DNA of 64,000 nucleotides from a bacterium. Lineage in GTDB: Bacteria; UBA8248. The stretch spans positions 832,001 through 896,000 of the forward strand of contig CBDBZU010000004.1 of NCBI GenBank assembly GCA_965213625.1, written 5' to 3'. Under the pieces are notes generated by a model that searched no databases, was not told the origin of the DNA, and saw only the letters and a program-made list of their open reading frames with translations. Shown in pieces: positions 20,263 through 31,422 of the stretch; the first letter of the stretch is position 1, and each line of letters begins with the position of its first letter. Made by a program: the position numbers and the translations under genes.

Positions 20263-21497
20263 GCGAACAGGCGCAGGCCCCCCTTGCCGGGAAGAAAACC
20301 GTCCTCGGCGTGTCGGGCGGTATCGCTGCGTATAAATCGATCGATCTGGCGCGGCTGCTCACCCTCGACGGGGCCGAAGTTCAGACGGTCCTGACGCAAA
20401 GCGCCGCCTCGTTCGTTCAGCCGCTGCCCTTCGAGGTGCTCACGGGGGTGACGCCCATCCAGCGGATGTTCCCCATTGAGGGGGGCGGGTCCACGGGCGA
20501 TATGCCGCACATCTCCCTGACGGAAGGCGCAGACCTCATCATCATCGCTCCTGCCACGGCGAACATCATCGGAAAGTTCGCGCAAGGGATAGGGGATGAT
20601 TTTCTCTCCACGCTGCTGCTCTCCGCCAGGCCGCCCGTGCTCATCGCCCCCGCCATGAACCCGCGCATGTTGGCGTCCCCCGCCGTACAGAAAAACGTAT
20701 CCACCCTGCGCGAGAGGGGCCACGTCGTCATGAAGCCGGGCGTGGGGCGCATGGCCCGCGCGGAGGAGGGCGTTGGCCGGGGACGCATGCCCGAGCCGGG
20801 GGAGATTCTTCTCGCAGCGCGCCGGATTCTTCTGCCTGCTCCCGACCTCGCCGGCATGAAGCTGGTGGTCACGGCGGGACCCACGCGGGAGAGATGGGAC
20901 GCCGTGCGTTTTCTCTCGAACCGATCGAGCGGAAAGATGGGCTTCGCCCTGGCGGGTGAAGCCGCCCGCCGCGGCGCGGACGCCGTTCTCGTGAGCGGCC
21001 CCGCGGCTCTCCCCGACCCGCCGGGCACGCGCGTCGTGCGCGTGGAATCGGCCGCCGAGATGTATGAGGCGGTGAAGAACGAATGGGTGGACGCTAATGC
21101 CCTCGTAATGGCCGCCGCCGTAGCGGACTATCGCCCGGCCGACCCCTCGGCCCGAAAACACAAGAAAGGGGACGGGCCTCTCGCGGTCGAACTCGAACGG
21201 ACGACGGACATACTCGCCGAACTCTCAGGCGATAAGGGAGAGAGAATCCTGGTCGGCTTCGCCGCTGAAACCGAAGAGGTATTAGAGCGCGCGAAGGGCA
21301 AGCTCAAGCGTAAGGGGCTCGACTTCATTGTTGCGAACAGGGTCTCGGGGGATGAGGACGCGATGGGCGCGGACGCCTCTCGCGCCTGGATAATCGACGA
21401 AAACGAAACCGAAACGCTCCCCGTGCTCGAAAAAGGGGTTCTGGCGGGCCGCATCCTCGACCGCCTCGCCAAAATGTGGCAAAACATAAGCACCTGA
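20259..21497 (+). CDS. coaBC: Phosphopantothenoylcysteine decarboxylase/ligase
   Basis: GVSGGIAAYKS, APATAN, PAMN, TAGPTRE..DAVRFLSNRSSGKMG, VGFAAET. Confidence 0.96.
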   Translation: MSEQAQAPLAGKKTVLGVSGGIAAYKSIDLARLLTLDGAEVQTVLTQSAASFVQPLPFEVLTGVTPIQRMFPIEGGGSTGDMPHISLTEGADLIIIAPATANIIGKFAQGIGDDFLSTLLLSARPPVLIAPAMNPRMLASPAVQKNVSTLRERGHVVMKPGVGRMARAEEGVGRGRMPEPGEILLAARRILLPAPDLAGMKLVVTAGPTRERWDAVRFLSNRSSGKMGFALAGEAARRGADAVLVSGPAALPDPPGTRVVRVESAAEMYEAVKNEWVDANALVMAAAVADYRPADPSARKHKKGDGPLAVELERTTDILAELSGDKGERILVGFAAETEEVLERAKGKLKRKGLDFIVANRVSGDEDAMGADASRAWIIDENETETLPVLEKGVLAGRILDRLAKMWQNIST

Positions 21498-21531
21498 ATC
21501 CTTATTCCTAAGCGCCCGCCGGTCCAAGACG

Positions 21532-22401
21532 ATGAACCGCGCAGAACTGGCCAGAGAAATACTCGGACACCTGAGAAGCCAACGCGCCGCAGGGGTCGGT
21601 TACGTTTGCCTGGGGAGGCCCCGGGAAGCGATACCCGAGGCGGCGCACCCCGTGACGACTCCGGTCTCACAAGCGCCTGCCCCCGAATCCGCGCCCAAAC
21701 CAGAGCAACATGCGCTGATTCCCCAGGCTGCGCCTGCGCCCGAACCCACCCTGGCCCCCATGGCGAAGCGCAGAGACCCTGGCCCCGAGCCGCCGCCCTT
21801 GCCATTCGACCCCGAGGCCGAGATTACGCTCGAGGGTCTCGAAGCCGCCGTGGACGGCTGTCTGCGGTGCAAGCTGGGGGCGGGCCGGACGAACCTCGTG
21901 TTCGGCGTGGGGAACCCGGCGGCGAACCTCGTCATCGTCGGCGAAGCGCCGGGGGCGAACGAGGACGCGGAAGGGATTCCCTTCGTGGGCCGGGCGGGCC
22001 AGATGCTGACCAAGATGATCGAAAACGTCATCGAAGTCCCGCGCCAGGAGGTCTACATCTGCAACATCCTGAAGTGCCGCCCGCCGGGCAACCGCAACCC
22101 CGAGCCGGACGAAATCGATTGCTGCGAGCCTTACCTTCACAAACAACTCGGCATCATCCAGCCAAGACTCATTCTGGCTTTGGGGAAATTCGCCGCGCAG
22201 TGGCTGCTCCAGACGAAGACGCCCATCGGCAGGCTGCGGGGGAAGTTCGGGCGCTACCAGGGAATACCCTGCCTCTCGACGTATCACCCCGCGTATCTAT
22301 TGAGAAACCCGCGCGACAAGAAGCTGGTGCTCGACGACCTGCTCAAGGTGAAGGCCGTCTATCACGGAGAGACGGAGGCCGAGATAGAGCTGTTTCGCTA
22401 G
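21532..22401 (+). CDS. Family-4 uracil-DNA glycosylase with Pro/Ala-rich N-terminal linker
   Basis: C-x2-C, GEAPGANED, PFVGRAG, KCRPPGNR, YHPAYLLR. Confidence 0.94.
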   Translation: MNRAELAREILGHLRSQRAAGVGYVCLGRPREAIPEAAHPVTTPVSQAPAPESAPKPEQHALIPQAAPAPEPTLAPMAKRRDPGPEPPPLPFDPEAEITLEGLEAAVDGCLRCKLGAGRTNLVFGVGNPAANLVIVGEAPGANEDAEGIPFVGRAGQMLTKMIENVIEVPRQEVYICNILKCRPPGNRNPEPDEIDCCEPYLHKQLGIIQPRLILALGKFAAQWLLQTKTPIGRLRGKFGRYQGIPCLSTYHPAYLLRNPRDKKLVLDDLLKVKAVYHGETEAEIELFR

Positions 22402-22555
22402 TCGGGAGTTGTTGAAATGCTCCTATTTAGGGGGTAAAGGCGATACCCCTCGACGTGGGGGTGGAAGATAAGCCCCCCCTGACAGAGTCTGTTGAAAAAG
22501 TCCCATGGTGTGATTTTGGTTGCGGACACGATTTTCTAGTTCATTCCCCCCTTGA

Positions 22556-24077
22556 GGGGTCTGTTGAAAAACCCGGTGTTGGAAGCGGGCGTTTTGGCGG
22601 CTCACGCGGCGGCGGGGAGGCAGCCCAATCGGCGCGTGAGGGCGCCATGTGCGCGCAGCCGGCGTCTCCGGGCGGCACAGGCCGTCCACAAGGCGAATAT
22701 ACGCGCCGCAAAAGCGGCGGCCAGCCGCTTGAGGTTCACCGCTATCGCCGTCAGGTAGGACTGGATCCGCATGTTCGCAAGGCCCCGGCGCACCGCCCGC
22801 CCCAGTCCGTGCCGGCTCTTCGCCTCGCCGTGGTAGCCCTCCGAGCGCCAACGGTGGCGGCCATAGAGACGCTTCTCCTCCTCCCCCCAGCGCGCATGCC
22901 ACCGACGCGCGCGCAACAGCGCCGGATACGCGTGCGGAATCAACACCGTCCTGCTCGTGCGCGACTTCGACAGACAATCGGGCCTGAGCGCGCAGCCCGC
23001 GCAATCCCGCGTCTTCGATACATAGGAGCGCCCCCGCTCCGTCGCCTGCCGGGGGCGCAGCGTCTTGCCTCCCGGACACTTCACCACCTCGTTGCGCGCG
23101 TCGTAGTGGAACAACTGCAGCGGAACACGGCTCTGGCTGGGTTCCTTCTTCGCTGGTATCAGCGCTTCCACGCCCCGCCGCTCCAATTCGCCATAAACCT
23201 TCGAGTACGCGTACCCCGAATCCGCCGTCACCATCTCCGGCGTGCGGCCCGACAACTCGCTTACCGCCTCTATATGGGACGCCATCATCTCACGCTCGTT
23301 CCGCGTCCCCTCCGTCACCGACACGTCGAGAACAACACCCCGCTCATCGTCCACCGCCGCGTGCTGCTTGTAGCTCGGCTCGAACCCCGCCCGCGCGCTC
23401 TTGCGCGCAAGCCGCGCGTCCGGGTCCGTCCGGCTCACCGGACCCCCGCCACCGCGGCCTCCTCCCTTCTTCCCGACCTCATCATCGACGGGATTCTCCT
23501 GAATCACCTTCTCCGCGTGGTGCGCCGCCAGGCTCTCCCAGCTCACGTCCGCGCGTATCAACGAGGCGTCCACGTGCACCACTTCCCCCTTCGCCACATT
23601 CGCCTCCAGGCAAGCCTGCACCGTGCGACGGAATATCTCCTTGAACCGTGCCTCCCCCCAGCGCTGACGTATCCGCGTCAGGCTCGAATGATGCGGCAAC
23701 TCCTCGTGCAGCCCGTACCCGATGAACCACCGGATCGCCAGGTGCGCACGCGCCTCGCGAAGCAGGCGACGGTCGTGAACGTAGCCCAGCAACATACCCG
23801 CCAGCATCAAGCGGAGCGCCACCTCCGGGTCGATCCCCGGACGACCGTTATCCGCGCAATAGCAATCCGCCACCTCCTCCCGTAGCCAGCTCAAATCCAG
23901 TACGTGGTCCACGCGCATCAGGACGTGATCCTCGGGGATCAGCCGTTCCAGCGAACCGGCCACGAACAAATCCATCTGCTCGCGCCTCTTGCTGCCTATC
24001 ATCGAGGGAACTCCCATCTCGGGCGAGATAGTGTCATTACACCCAATCACAATGCCGGGGCTTTTTCAACAGCCCCT
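22556..24077 (-). mobile_element. IS1182-family insertion sequence, copy 3 (complete, 1,522 bp, TTGA/TCAA duplication)
   Basis: Reverse complement of copy 2 with very few SNPs. TTGA occurs at both 22552-22555 and 24078-24081. Confidence 0.95.
22602..24050 (-). CDS. IS1182-family DDE transposase
   Basis: 482 aa, identical to copy 2 except R to W in RARR(R/W)HARW. Confidence 0.95.
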   Translation of the reverse strand: MIGCNDTISPEMGVPSMIGSKRREQMDLFVAGSLERLIPEDHVLMRVDHVLDLSWLREEVADCYCADNGRPGIDPEVALRLMLAGMLLGYVHDRRLLREARAHLAIRWFIGYGLHEELPHHSSLTRIRQRWGEARFKEIFRRTVQACLEANVAKGEVVHVDASLIRADVSWESLAAHHAEKVIQENPVDDEVGKKGGGRGGGGPVSRTDPDARLARKSARAGFEPSYKQHAAVDDERGVVLDVSVTEGTRNEREMMASHIEAVSELSGRTPEMVTADSGYAYSKVYGELERRGVEALIPAKKEPSQSRVPLQLFHYDARNEVVKCPGGKTLRPRQATERGRSYVSKTRDCAGCALRPDCLSKSRTSRTVLIPHAYPALLRARRWHARWGEEEKRLYGRHRWRSEGYHGEAKSRHGLGRAVRRGLANMRIQSYLTAIAVNLKRLAAAFAARIFALWTACAARRRRLRAHGALTRRLGCLPAAA

Positions 24078-24342
24078 TTGAGGGGGAGTCGGCAAGACGA
24101 GGGCGAAGCCCGAAGTCGCGCCGGTGGGGGGGTATGAGTCGGAGTAGCGATAAAACGCGATTCACCCCCCACCGAGTCAGCCTTCACCTGTCGGTTCGGC
24201 TTCCTCGACTCCCCCTCAAGGGGGGAGTGATTTCTTTTCAACGAGGGTATTTTCAAGGCAGCTAATCTGTAGGATTTTTTCAACAACCCCGCATGCGACC
24301 CCTACAACAAGAACGGCTCTCTACGAGACGGTACGTTTTGTT

Positions 24343-24479
24343 CGTCATTCCGGCGAAAGCCGGAATCCATTTACAGGTGCGGGAGAATAAACGACGGCGT
24401 TTCAATCCCCACCGATGCGCGGGAACCCTGATATAAAGCAAAAGGCGTAAAATGGATTCCGGCTTTCGCCGGAATGACG
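24343..24479. repeat. REP doublet, family B (CGTCATTCCGGCGAAAGCCGGAATCCA / TGGATTCCGGCTTTCGCCGGAATGACG)
   Basis: Inverted arms. Single units at 5525-5552 and 26346-26373. Confidence 0.8.
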
Positions 24480-24533
24480 GTGGAACATTCTCAGCGGAGG
24501 GTAACAACCCTTTCAGGCGAGGATTGCGGAGAT

Positions 24534-25945
<1,412 letters not shown>

Positions 25946-26144
25946 TTTTTCATACAGCCAGACTTTTCAGGAAAATCCACTGCAACTGATCGGAAAACTT
26001 GTTCTAAATCACAATCCCTCCCTCATTGGGATTGTTGAAAAAGCCCATATGCGGTCCCTGCACCGAACCATGTCCTCTCTCATTAGTCATGTCCTCGCAT
26101 GGGAAAACGTGGTTTTCTCAAACACGCGCCGTGCAACCCCAAAC

Positions 26145-26279
26145 CCTCATCCTGAGTAGACGCGCAAGCGCCGTATCGAAGGATGGGAGACGCAATCGCT
26201 CGTTCATCAGTCGCGTTTGACCCCGGCAGGCGAGAACTTCGCCCTTCGATACGCGGCTTCGCCGCTACTCAGGGTGAGG
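26145..26279. repeat. REP doublet, family D
   Basis: CCTCATCCTGAGTAG..CGTATCGAAGG ... CCTTCGATACG..CTACTCAGGGTGAGG. Confidence 0.75.
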
Positions 26280-26620
26280 CGGAGTGGCGGGTAGCTCAGG
26301 AGGTCGGACGGACTGCGCGGGAAAAAGAGGGAAAGCGGTTTTGTTCGTCATTCCGGCGAAAGTCGGAATGACGGGGAGTAATATCGATTGAAGGGGAGGG
26401 AATTCCTCGTTAGGACAGGCACGGGGGCCTGTCCCTACGTTTAACAAACCCGAAGGATGTGATTCACTCCCCCTCAAGGAGGAGCTGTTACGTTACGCGT
26501 CTCAAGGGGAATATTGCTTACTGAGGATTGGAGAAAAGTAGACTCTATTCGTAGCGCGCGACCCGCCTAATCTGTGTTCCCGCCGCTTTCGCATGTCGAC
26601 TTATACGCGCCATTCCCTCC

Positions 26621-28102
26621 TCACTTATCCTTGCGCCTCGCCCTTCTGCCGGGCATGGCGGGGTCGGAGGGGCGGCGGTCGTCCATGGACTTCTCGTCCG
26701 GCACGTTCAGGCGTTCGCCGAGGCGCTCGTTCAGTTTCTCCTCGCGCATGGCCAGCCTCTTCTGGACCTCCGCCTCGAATCCCCGGGAGGTGGGATGGTA
26801 AAACCGCGTTCCCTGCAATCCCTCGGGCATGCCCTCCATCTCCACGACCGCGTCGTCAAACTCGTGTGCGTGCTTGTAGCCCTCGCCGTAGCCGAGATCT
26901 CGCATGAGGCCTGTGGGCGCGTTCCTCAGGTGATGGGGGACGGGCGCGGCGTCCTGCTCGCGCACGGCGCGCTCGGCGGCCCCGAAGCCCCGGTAGACTG
27001 CGTCGCTCTTTGGGGCCTGGGCGAGATAGATCACCGCCTGGGCGATGGCGAGCTTCCCCTCGGGCAGCCCGATGAAATGAAACGCGCCCTGGGCGGCAGT
27101 CGCCACGGCGAGCGCATTCGGGTCCGCCATGCCGACGTCTTCGGAGGCGAAGCGCACGAGACGCCGCAAGATGAACATGGGGTCTTCGCCCCCCTCGAGC
27201 ATGCGTGCGAGCCAGTAGAGGGCGGCGTCGGGATCGGAAGCCCGCAAAGTCTTGTGAAGAGCCGAGATGAGGTTGTAGTGCTCCTCGCCCGCCTTATCGT
27301 AGAGAAGCGTCTTGCGCTGGGCGGCCTCGCCCACGAGCCGGGCGTCGACCCGGCGGTTCTCACCGGCCAAAGCGGCGGCGGCTTCCAGGATGTTCAAGGC
27401 CGAGCGCGCGTCCCCGCTGCTCAAGACCGCGACGCGTCGAAGCGCGTCATCATCGGCGTCCAGTTTCAAGGCTCCCAAGCCCCGCTCGGCATCCTCCAGG
27501 GCGCGGCGGAGAAGCGCTACGACGTGCTCTTCCTTCAATCCTTCGAGCACGAACACGCGCGCGCGCGACAGCAGGGGCGCGATGACCTCGAAGGAGGGAT
27601 TTTCCGTGGTAGCGCCGATGAGGGTGAGCACGCCGTTTTCCACATGCGGGAGGAGGCCATCCTGCTGGGCCTTGTTGAAGCGGTGTATCTCGTCGATGAA
27701 CAGGATCGTGCGGACGCTCCTGCGCTGCATGCGCTTCGCCTCGTCCACGGCGGCGCGCAATTCCTTCACCCCGTGAAGCACCGCGCTCAGCGTGATGAAG
27801 TGCGCGTTCGTCTTGTTCGCGATGATGCGCGCGAGCGTCGTCTTCCCCGTGCCGGGCGGCCCCCAGAAAATGAGCGGGCGCAAGGAATCTTCTTCCACCG
27901 CGCGCCTCAATACGCGGCCCGGGCCGATCAGGTGATCCTGGCCCAGGACCTCATCGAGCGTGCGGGGCCGCATGCGCTCGGCCAAAGGCGCCCCCGGGTC
28001 GACCCGGGGTTCCCGCGCTCCGCCCGCGCCGCTTTCGTCGTCTCCGGTCGGGTCGAACAGGCTTCTCTCCAAGGCGCGCTCCTTTTTCAGAGATAGTCCC
28101 AT
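26621..28102 (-). CDS. rarA: Replication-associated recombination protein A (MgsA/RarA)
   Basis: PLAERMRP, WGPPGTGKTT, DEIHRFNKAQQD, GATTENPSF, ISALHK, ASEDVG. Confidence 0.96.
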   Translation of the reverse strand: MGLSLKKERALERSLFDPTGDDESGAGGAREPRVDPGAPLAERMRPRTLDEVLGQDHLIGPGRVLRRAVEEDSLRPLIFWGPPGTGKTTLARIIANKTNAHFITLSAVLHGVKELRAAVDEAKRMQRRSVRTILFIDEIHRFNKAQQDGLLPHVENGVLTLIGATTENPSFEVIAPLLSRARVFVLEGLKEEHVVALLRRALEDAERGLGALKLDADDDALRRVAVLSSGDARSALNILEAAAALAGENRRVDARLVGEAAQRKTLLYDKAGEEHYNLISALHKTLRASDPDAALYWLARMLEGGEDPMFILRRLVRFASEDVGMADPNALAVATAAQGAFHFIGLPEGKLAIAQAVIYLAQAPKSDAVYRGFGAAERAVREQDAAPVPHHLRNAPTGLMRDLGYGEGYKHAHEFDDAVVEMEGMPEGLQGTRFYHPTSRGFEAEVQKRLAMREEKLNERLGERLNVPDEKSMDDRRPSDPAMPGRRARRKDK

Positions 28103-28750
28103 TGTAGCACCCGTTTTTCACTTTCCTGAAACTTATTTTCGCTCGGGACGAAAAGAAGATGCGCCTTTCACGTGTTACTTGCCGAATCTGCGACGCAGGC
28201 GCGCCACCTCATCGCTCGGGAACCCCTTTTTCCAAACCGAGGAGCGGACGCGCATTTGCCCGCATTTTCCGTGCTCCATGAATTCATTGAGTCCGGTATG
28301 ATGCGCCACCCGAGGCATAGCGCAAATCCTCACTCTCCGGTCGGTAATCAGCTACTTCATCCGTTGCTTCAATCGCTCCCGCATCGGTCTCGTTTGAGCC
28401 GCGGAACCGCTGAATCGGGACGGGCCGGAATTTCTGAAAAATTCGATAAATATAGATAAATTCACGGGGTTTATCCGTAAATTTCAGGCAATTTATTTGT
28501 TGGGAAATGACGCCGACGGGTCGCAGCGCAGGGGAATTCTGCCATGGCCCGCGCATCTCAAGATAACGGCAAATGCGCGGAGTTGCGGGGGCGCAATCCC
28601 GGGCATTCGCCTCGGCGGCGAGGCGCAACAGTGAGCATTCCGGTGAGCGCGGCTCATGGGCGGTGGGCGAGACGGGGCCGACAGCCGGCCGCGGCACGCA
28701 GGGAGGTATCCCCGTAAGACGCTGATAACATTGGTGCTTTGGCGATGAAG

Positions 28751-29137
28751 CTATTCGGGCCGCAGGAGGCTCCTGGCGCGGTCGCCGTCTGGCGTCACGG
28801 CGAGCACCTCGAGGCTCGGCCGCGCCGGGCTCCTCGTGAGAAGGAGCTCAACGGCCTCGTCGAGCGCCATGATCTCGTGCACCTCGCCGGGGCGGAACTG
28901 CACCAGATCCCCAGGCGCAGCCTCAAAAACCTCTCCTTCTACGGCGATGCGCAGCCCGCCCTTCAGGAGATAGAGGAACTGCTCGTCATGGTGATAGTGC
29001 GGGTTGGAATGGCCCCCGGCCTCCATGCGGAAATAGCCGATGGTGGTGTGGTCGCCATCGACCCAGGCGGCGTCTGCGGTGACGTAGTCGGCGGCCTTCC
29101 CCTGGTTCTGCGCGGCGAGATTTCTGTAAATCGGCAT
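28751..29137 (-). CDS. Cupin-domain protein
   Basis: PHYHHDEQFLYLLKG, PGEVHEI. AGGAG RBS. Confidence 0.85.
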   Translation of the reverse strand: MPIYRNLAAQNQGKAADYVTADAAWVDGDHTTIGYFRMEAGGHSNPHYHHDEQFLYLLKGGLRIAVEGEVFEAAPGDLVQFRPGEVHEIMALDEAVELLLTRSPARPSLEVLAVTPDGDRARSLLRPE

Positions 29138-29288
29138 GGAATAAGCTCCTGTTAATAAGGTGTTTACGATAGTTGACGCTTCGGGGGTATTCTAACGGCA
29201 TAGACTCGCATTCTGTCCAGCGCCCATGTATATTTGTGCGGCAAAACAGGCGTATCCCTCACTTCAGAAAGTAGTTCGGAGGCATTTC

Positions 29289-30323
29289 GTGAGCGCATCT
29301 CCGGTGGATGAATTCGAGTATTTCTTCGATAAAGCCTGGTCGGACGGCCTGCCGGTCATCCCCCCGACGGAAGAGCGCATGGGCCTCATGCTGGCGGGGA
29401 CGGGCCGCGACCCGGATGAAGTCATCGGCGATGTGCCCCCATTGCTGGCGCAGGCTGACGTTCGGACCATCGCAGTTCATGCCGTCATGGCCGGATGCAA
29501 ACCGGCGTATATGCCCGTCCTCATCGGAGCCGTGGAAGCCATTCTGGAGGAAAAATTCAACGTGGGCGGCGTGCAGGCGACGCTCTCCTGCGCGGCTCCC
29601 CTGCTGATCGTGAACGGCCCTTACGCCAGGGATATCGGCCTGCACGGCGGGCTGGGCTGCTTCGGCCCCGGAAACAGGGCGAACGCGACGATTGGCCGCG
29701 CCATCAGGCTACTGCTCCTCAACATAGGCGGCGGAATTCCGGGCATCACCTCGATGAGCACGTTCTCGCAACCGGGCAGGTTCACGTATTGCATCGCCGA
29801 GAATGAAGCGGAAAGCCCCTGGGAGTCTCACGCTCAGACGAATGGTTTCGATGCGCAGGACAACGTCGTCACGGCCGTGCATGTGGAAGGCCCCGTCATG
29901 TCCTGGGATGACGTGAGCGACGACCCGGAATGCATGTTGCCCTCCATCGCGGACACCATGTCGCATCTGGGTTCGTGGAACTGCTGGGCCAGCACCGATT
30001 TGGTGGTGGCGATGAGCCCGCAGCAGGCCGCGATTTGCGCAAAGAGGGGGTATTCAAAGGCGGATGTCCATGGGCGTCTTTGCGAAATCGCAGGCCGTAC
30101 GGTGGGCGAACTCAAAACGGGCGGGCATTTCCGGGAAAATCGCATCAGGGATTTTCCGATCCCCGTCGATCTGGATGATGACGATGCGTTCGTTCCGACG
30201 ATTAAAGAGGCCCGGAGACTGCTCTTGATCGTGGCGGGCGGAATTCCGGGGCCGATGACGGCCGTGATGCATGGCTGGAACGGCAGTAGCCGCTCGGTTT
30301 CCCGCGCATTTCAATCGTCATGA
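29289..30323 (+). CDS. Uncharacterised ~340-aa protein, paralogue 1 of 4 (family usually seen beside UGSC selenoproteins)
   Basis: WSDGLPVIPPT, AVMAGC, NGPY, GCFGPG.RANATIGRA, AENEAESPW. GGAGG RBS before the GTG at 29289. Confidence 0.85.
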   Translation: MSASPVDEFEYFFDKAWSDGLPVIPPTEERMGLMLAGTGRDPDEVIGDVPPLLAQADVRTIAVHAVMAGCKPAYMPVLIGAVEAILEEKFNVGGVQATLSCAAPLLIVNGPYARDIGLHGGLGCFGPGNRANATIGRAIRLLLLNIGGGIPGITSMSTFSQPGRFTYCIAENEAESPWESHAQTNGFDAQDNVVTAVHVEGPVMSWDDVSDDPECMLPSIADTMSHLGSWNCWASTDLVVAMSPQQAAICAKRGYSKADVHGRLCEIAGRTVGELKTGGHFRENRIRDFPIPVDLDDDDAFVPTIKEARRLLLIVAGGIPGPMTAVMHGWNGSSRSVSRAFQSS

Positions 30324-30346
30324 TATCCACTTCTTTCAATGGGTGA

Positions 30347-31381
30347 ATGGCTTTGAGTGAACTTCAGGATGAATTCGAGTTTTTCCTCGAGAAACCCTGG
30401 TCGGACGGATTGCCCGTCGTCACCCCGACCGAAGAACGCATCGAGCGTATGCTCTCGGGCACGAAGAAAAGTCCGACTGAATTCATAGGCCTGGTACCTC
30501 CCGCCATGGGTGAGGCAACGGTCCATAACGTGGCGGTTCATGCGGTTATGGCCGGCTGTAAACCCGAGTACCTGCCGGTCGTTCTCGGCGCCACTTCGCT
30601 TATGCTTCGCGATGAATTCAACACGAACGGCGTGCAGGGCACGATGCACGGCGTGGCGCCCCTCATGATTGTAAACGGCCCCTATTCCGAGCAAATCGGG
30701 GTTCACGGAGGAAATGGCTGCTTTGGCCCCGGATTCAGGTCCAACGCTTCCATTGGCCGTGCCATTCGCCTGATTTTAATGAACCTCGGCGGGGGTATTC
30801 CGGGTGTTTCTTCGATGACGATTTTCGGCACGCCGCTGCGCTATACCGCGTGCGTAACGGAGAACCTTCAGTTTCATCCCTGGGAGACGCTCGCTGAATC
30901 CAGAGGATACGGATCGGATGAAAATGTAATCACCATGGCCATGGTGGAAAGCCCGCGCCTGACCTTCGATGACGTCAGCGAGGAGCCCGAGCGCCTGCTC
31001 CGGGGAATCGCCGATGCGATGACGGGCCTGGGCTCCTGGAACATGCACGCTCCCAGGACCGATATGGTTGTCGCCATGAATCCCCAGCATGCGAAAATTT
31101 GCTCCGAGGGCGGCCTCACGCGGGCGGACGTGCATCGGCGATTGTGTGAGCTGGCCGGCCACAAAGTGAAGGAGTTGAAAGGAGGCGGCAACTGGCGTCG
31201 CGAGCGCGCGCTGGATATGTATATTCATGTGGACCCCGATGATGATGAGTTTTTTGTTCCCGTCATCAAGGACCCCCGTGATCTGCATTTGATTGTCGCG
31301 GGCGGCTGGGGTTCGGGCAGCGCGGTATGCCATGGGTGGAGCGGCGGCAGCCGGGCCGTTCATGGGGCCTATGAGGTTTAG
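30347..31381 (+). CDS. Uncharacterised ~340-aa protein, paralogue 2 of 4
   Basis: Same motifs as paralogue 1. Confidence 0.85.
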   Translation: MALSELQDEFEFFLEKPWSDGLPVVTPTEERIERMLSGTKKSPTEFIGLVPPAMGEATVHNVAVHAVMAGCKPEYLPVVLGATSLMLRDEFNTNGVQGTMHGVAPLMIVNGPYSEQIGVHGGNGCFGPGFRSNASIGRAIRLILMNLGGGIPGVSSMTIFGTPLRYTACVTENLQFHPWETLAESRGYGSDENVITMAMVESPRLTFDDVSEEPERLLRGIADAMTGLGSWNMHAPRTDMVVAMNPQHAKICSEGGLTRADVHRRLCELAGHKVKELKGGGNWRRERALDMYIHVDPDDDEFFVPVIKDPRDLHLIVAGGWGSGSAVCHGWSGGSRAVHGAYEV

Positions 31382-31422
31382 CGCCGGAATCTCCACGACA
31401 GTCAGAGTGGTAACAGATCCCT

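Larger units (their letters stand above)
22541..24230. repeat. REP doublet, family A, interrupted by IS copy 3
   Basis: TCATTCCCCCC-TTGA-[IS]-TTGA-GGGGGAGTC ... GACTCCCCCTCAAGGGGGGAGTGA. Confidence 0.8.

Noticed and set aside
29190-29215. sigma54 promoter upstream of the paralogue array (CGGCATAGACTCGCA)
   Set aside because: The GG-to-GC spacing is 9 nt rather than the required 10.
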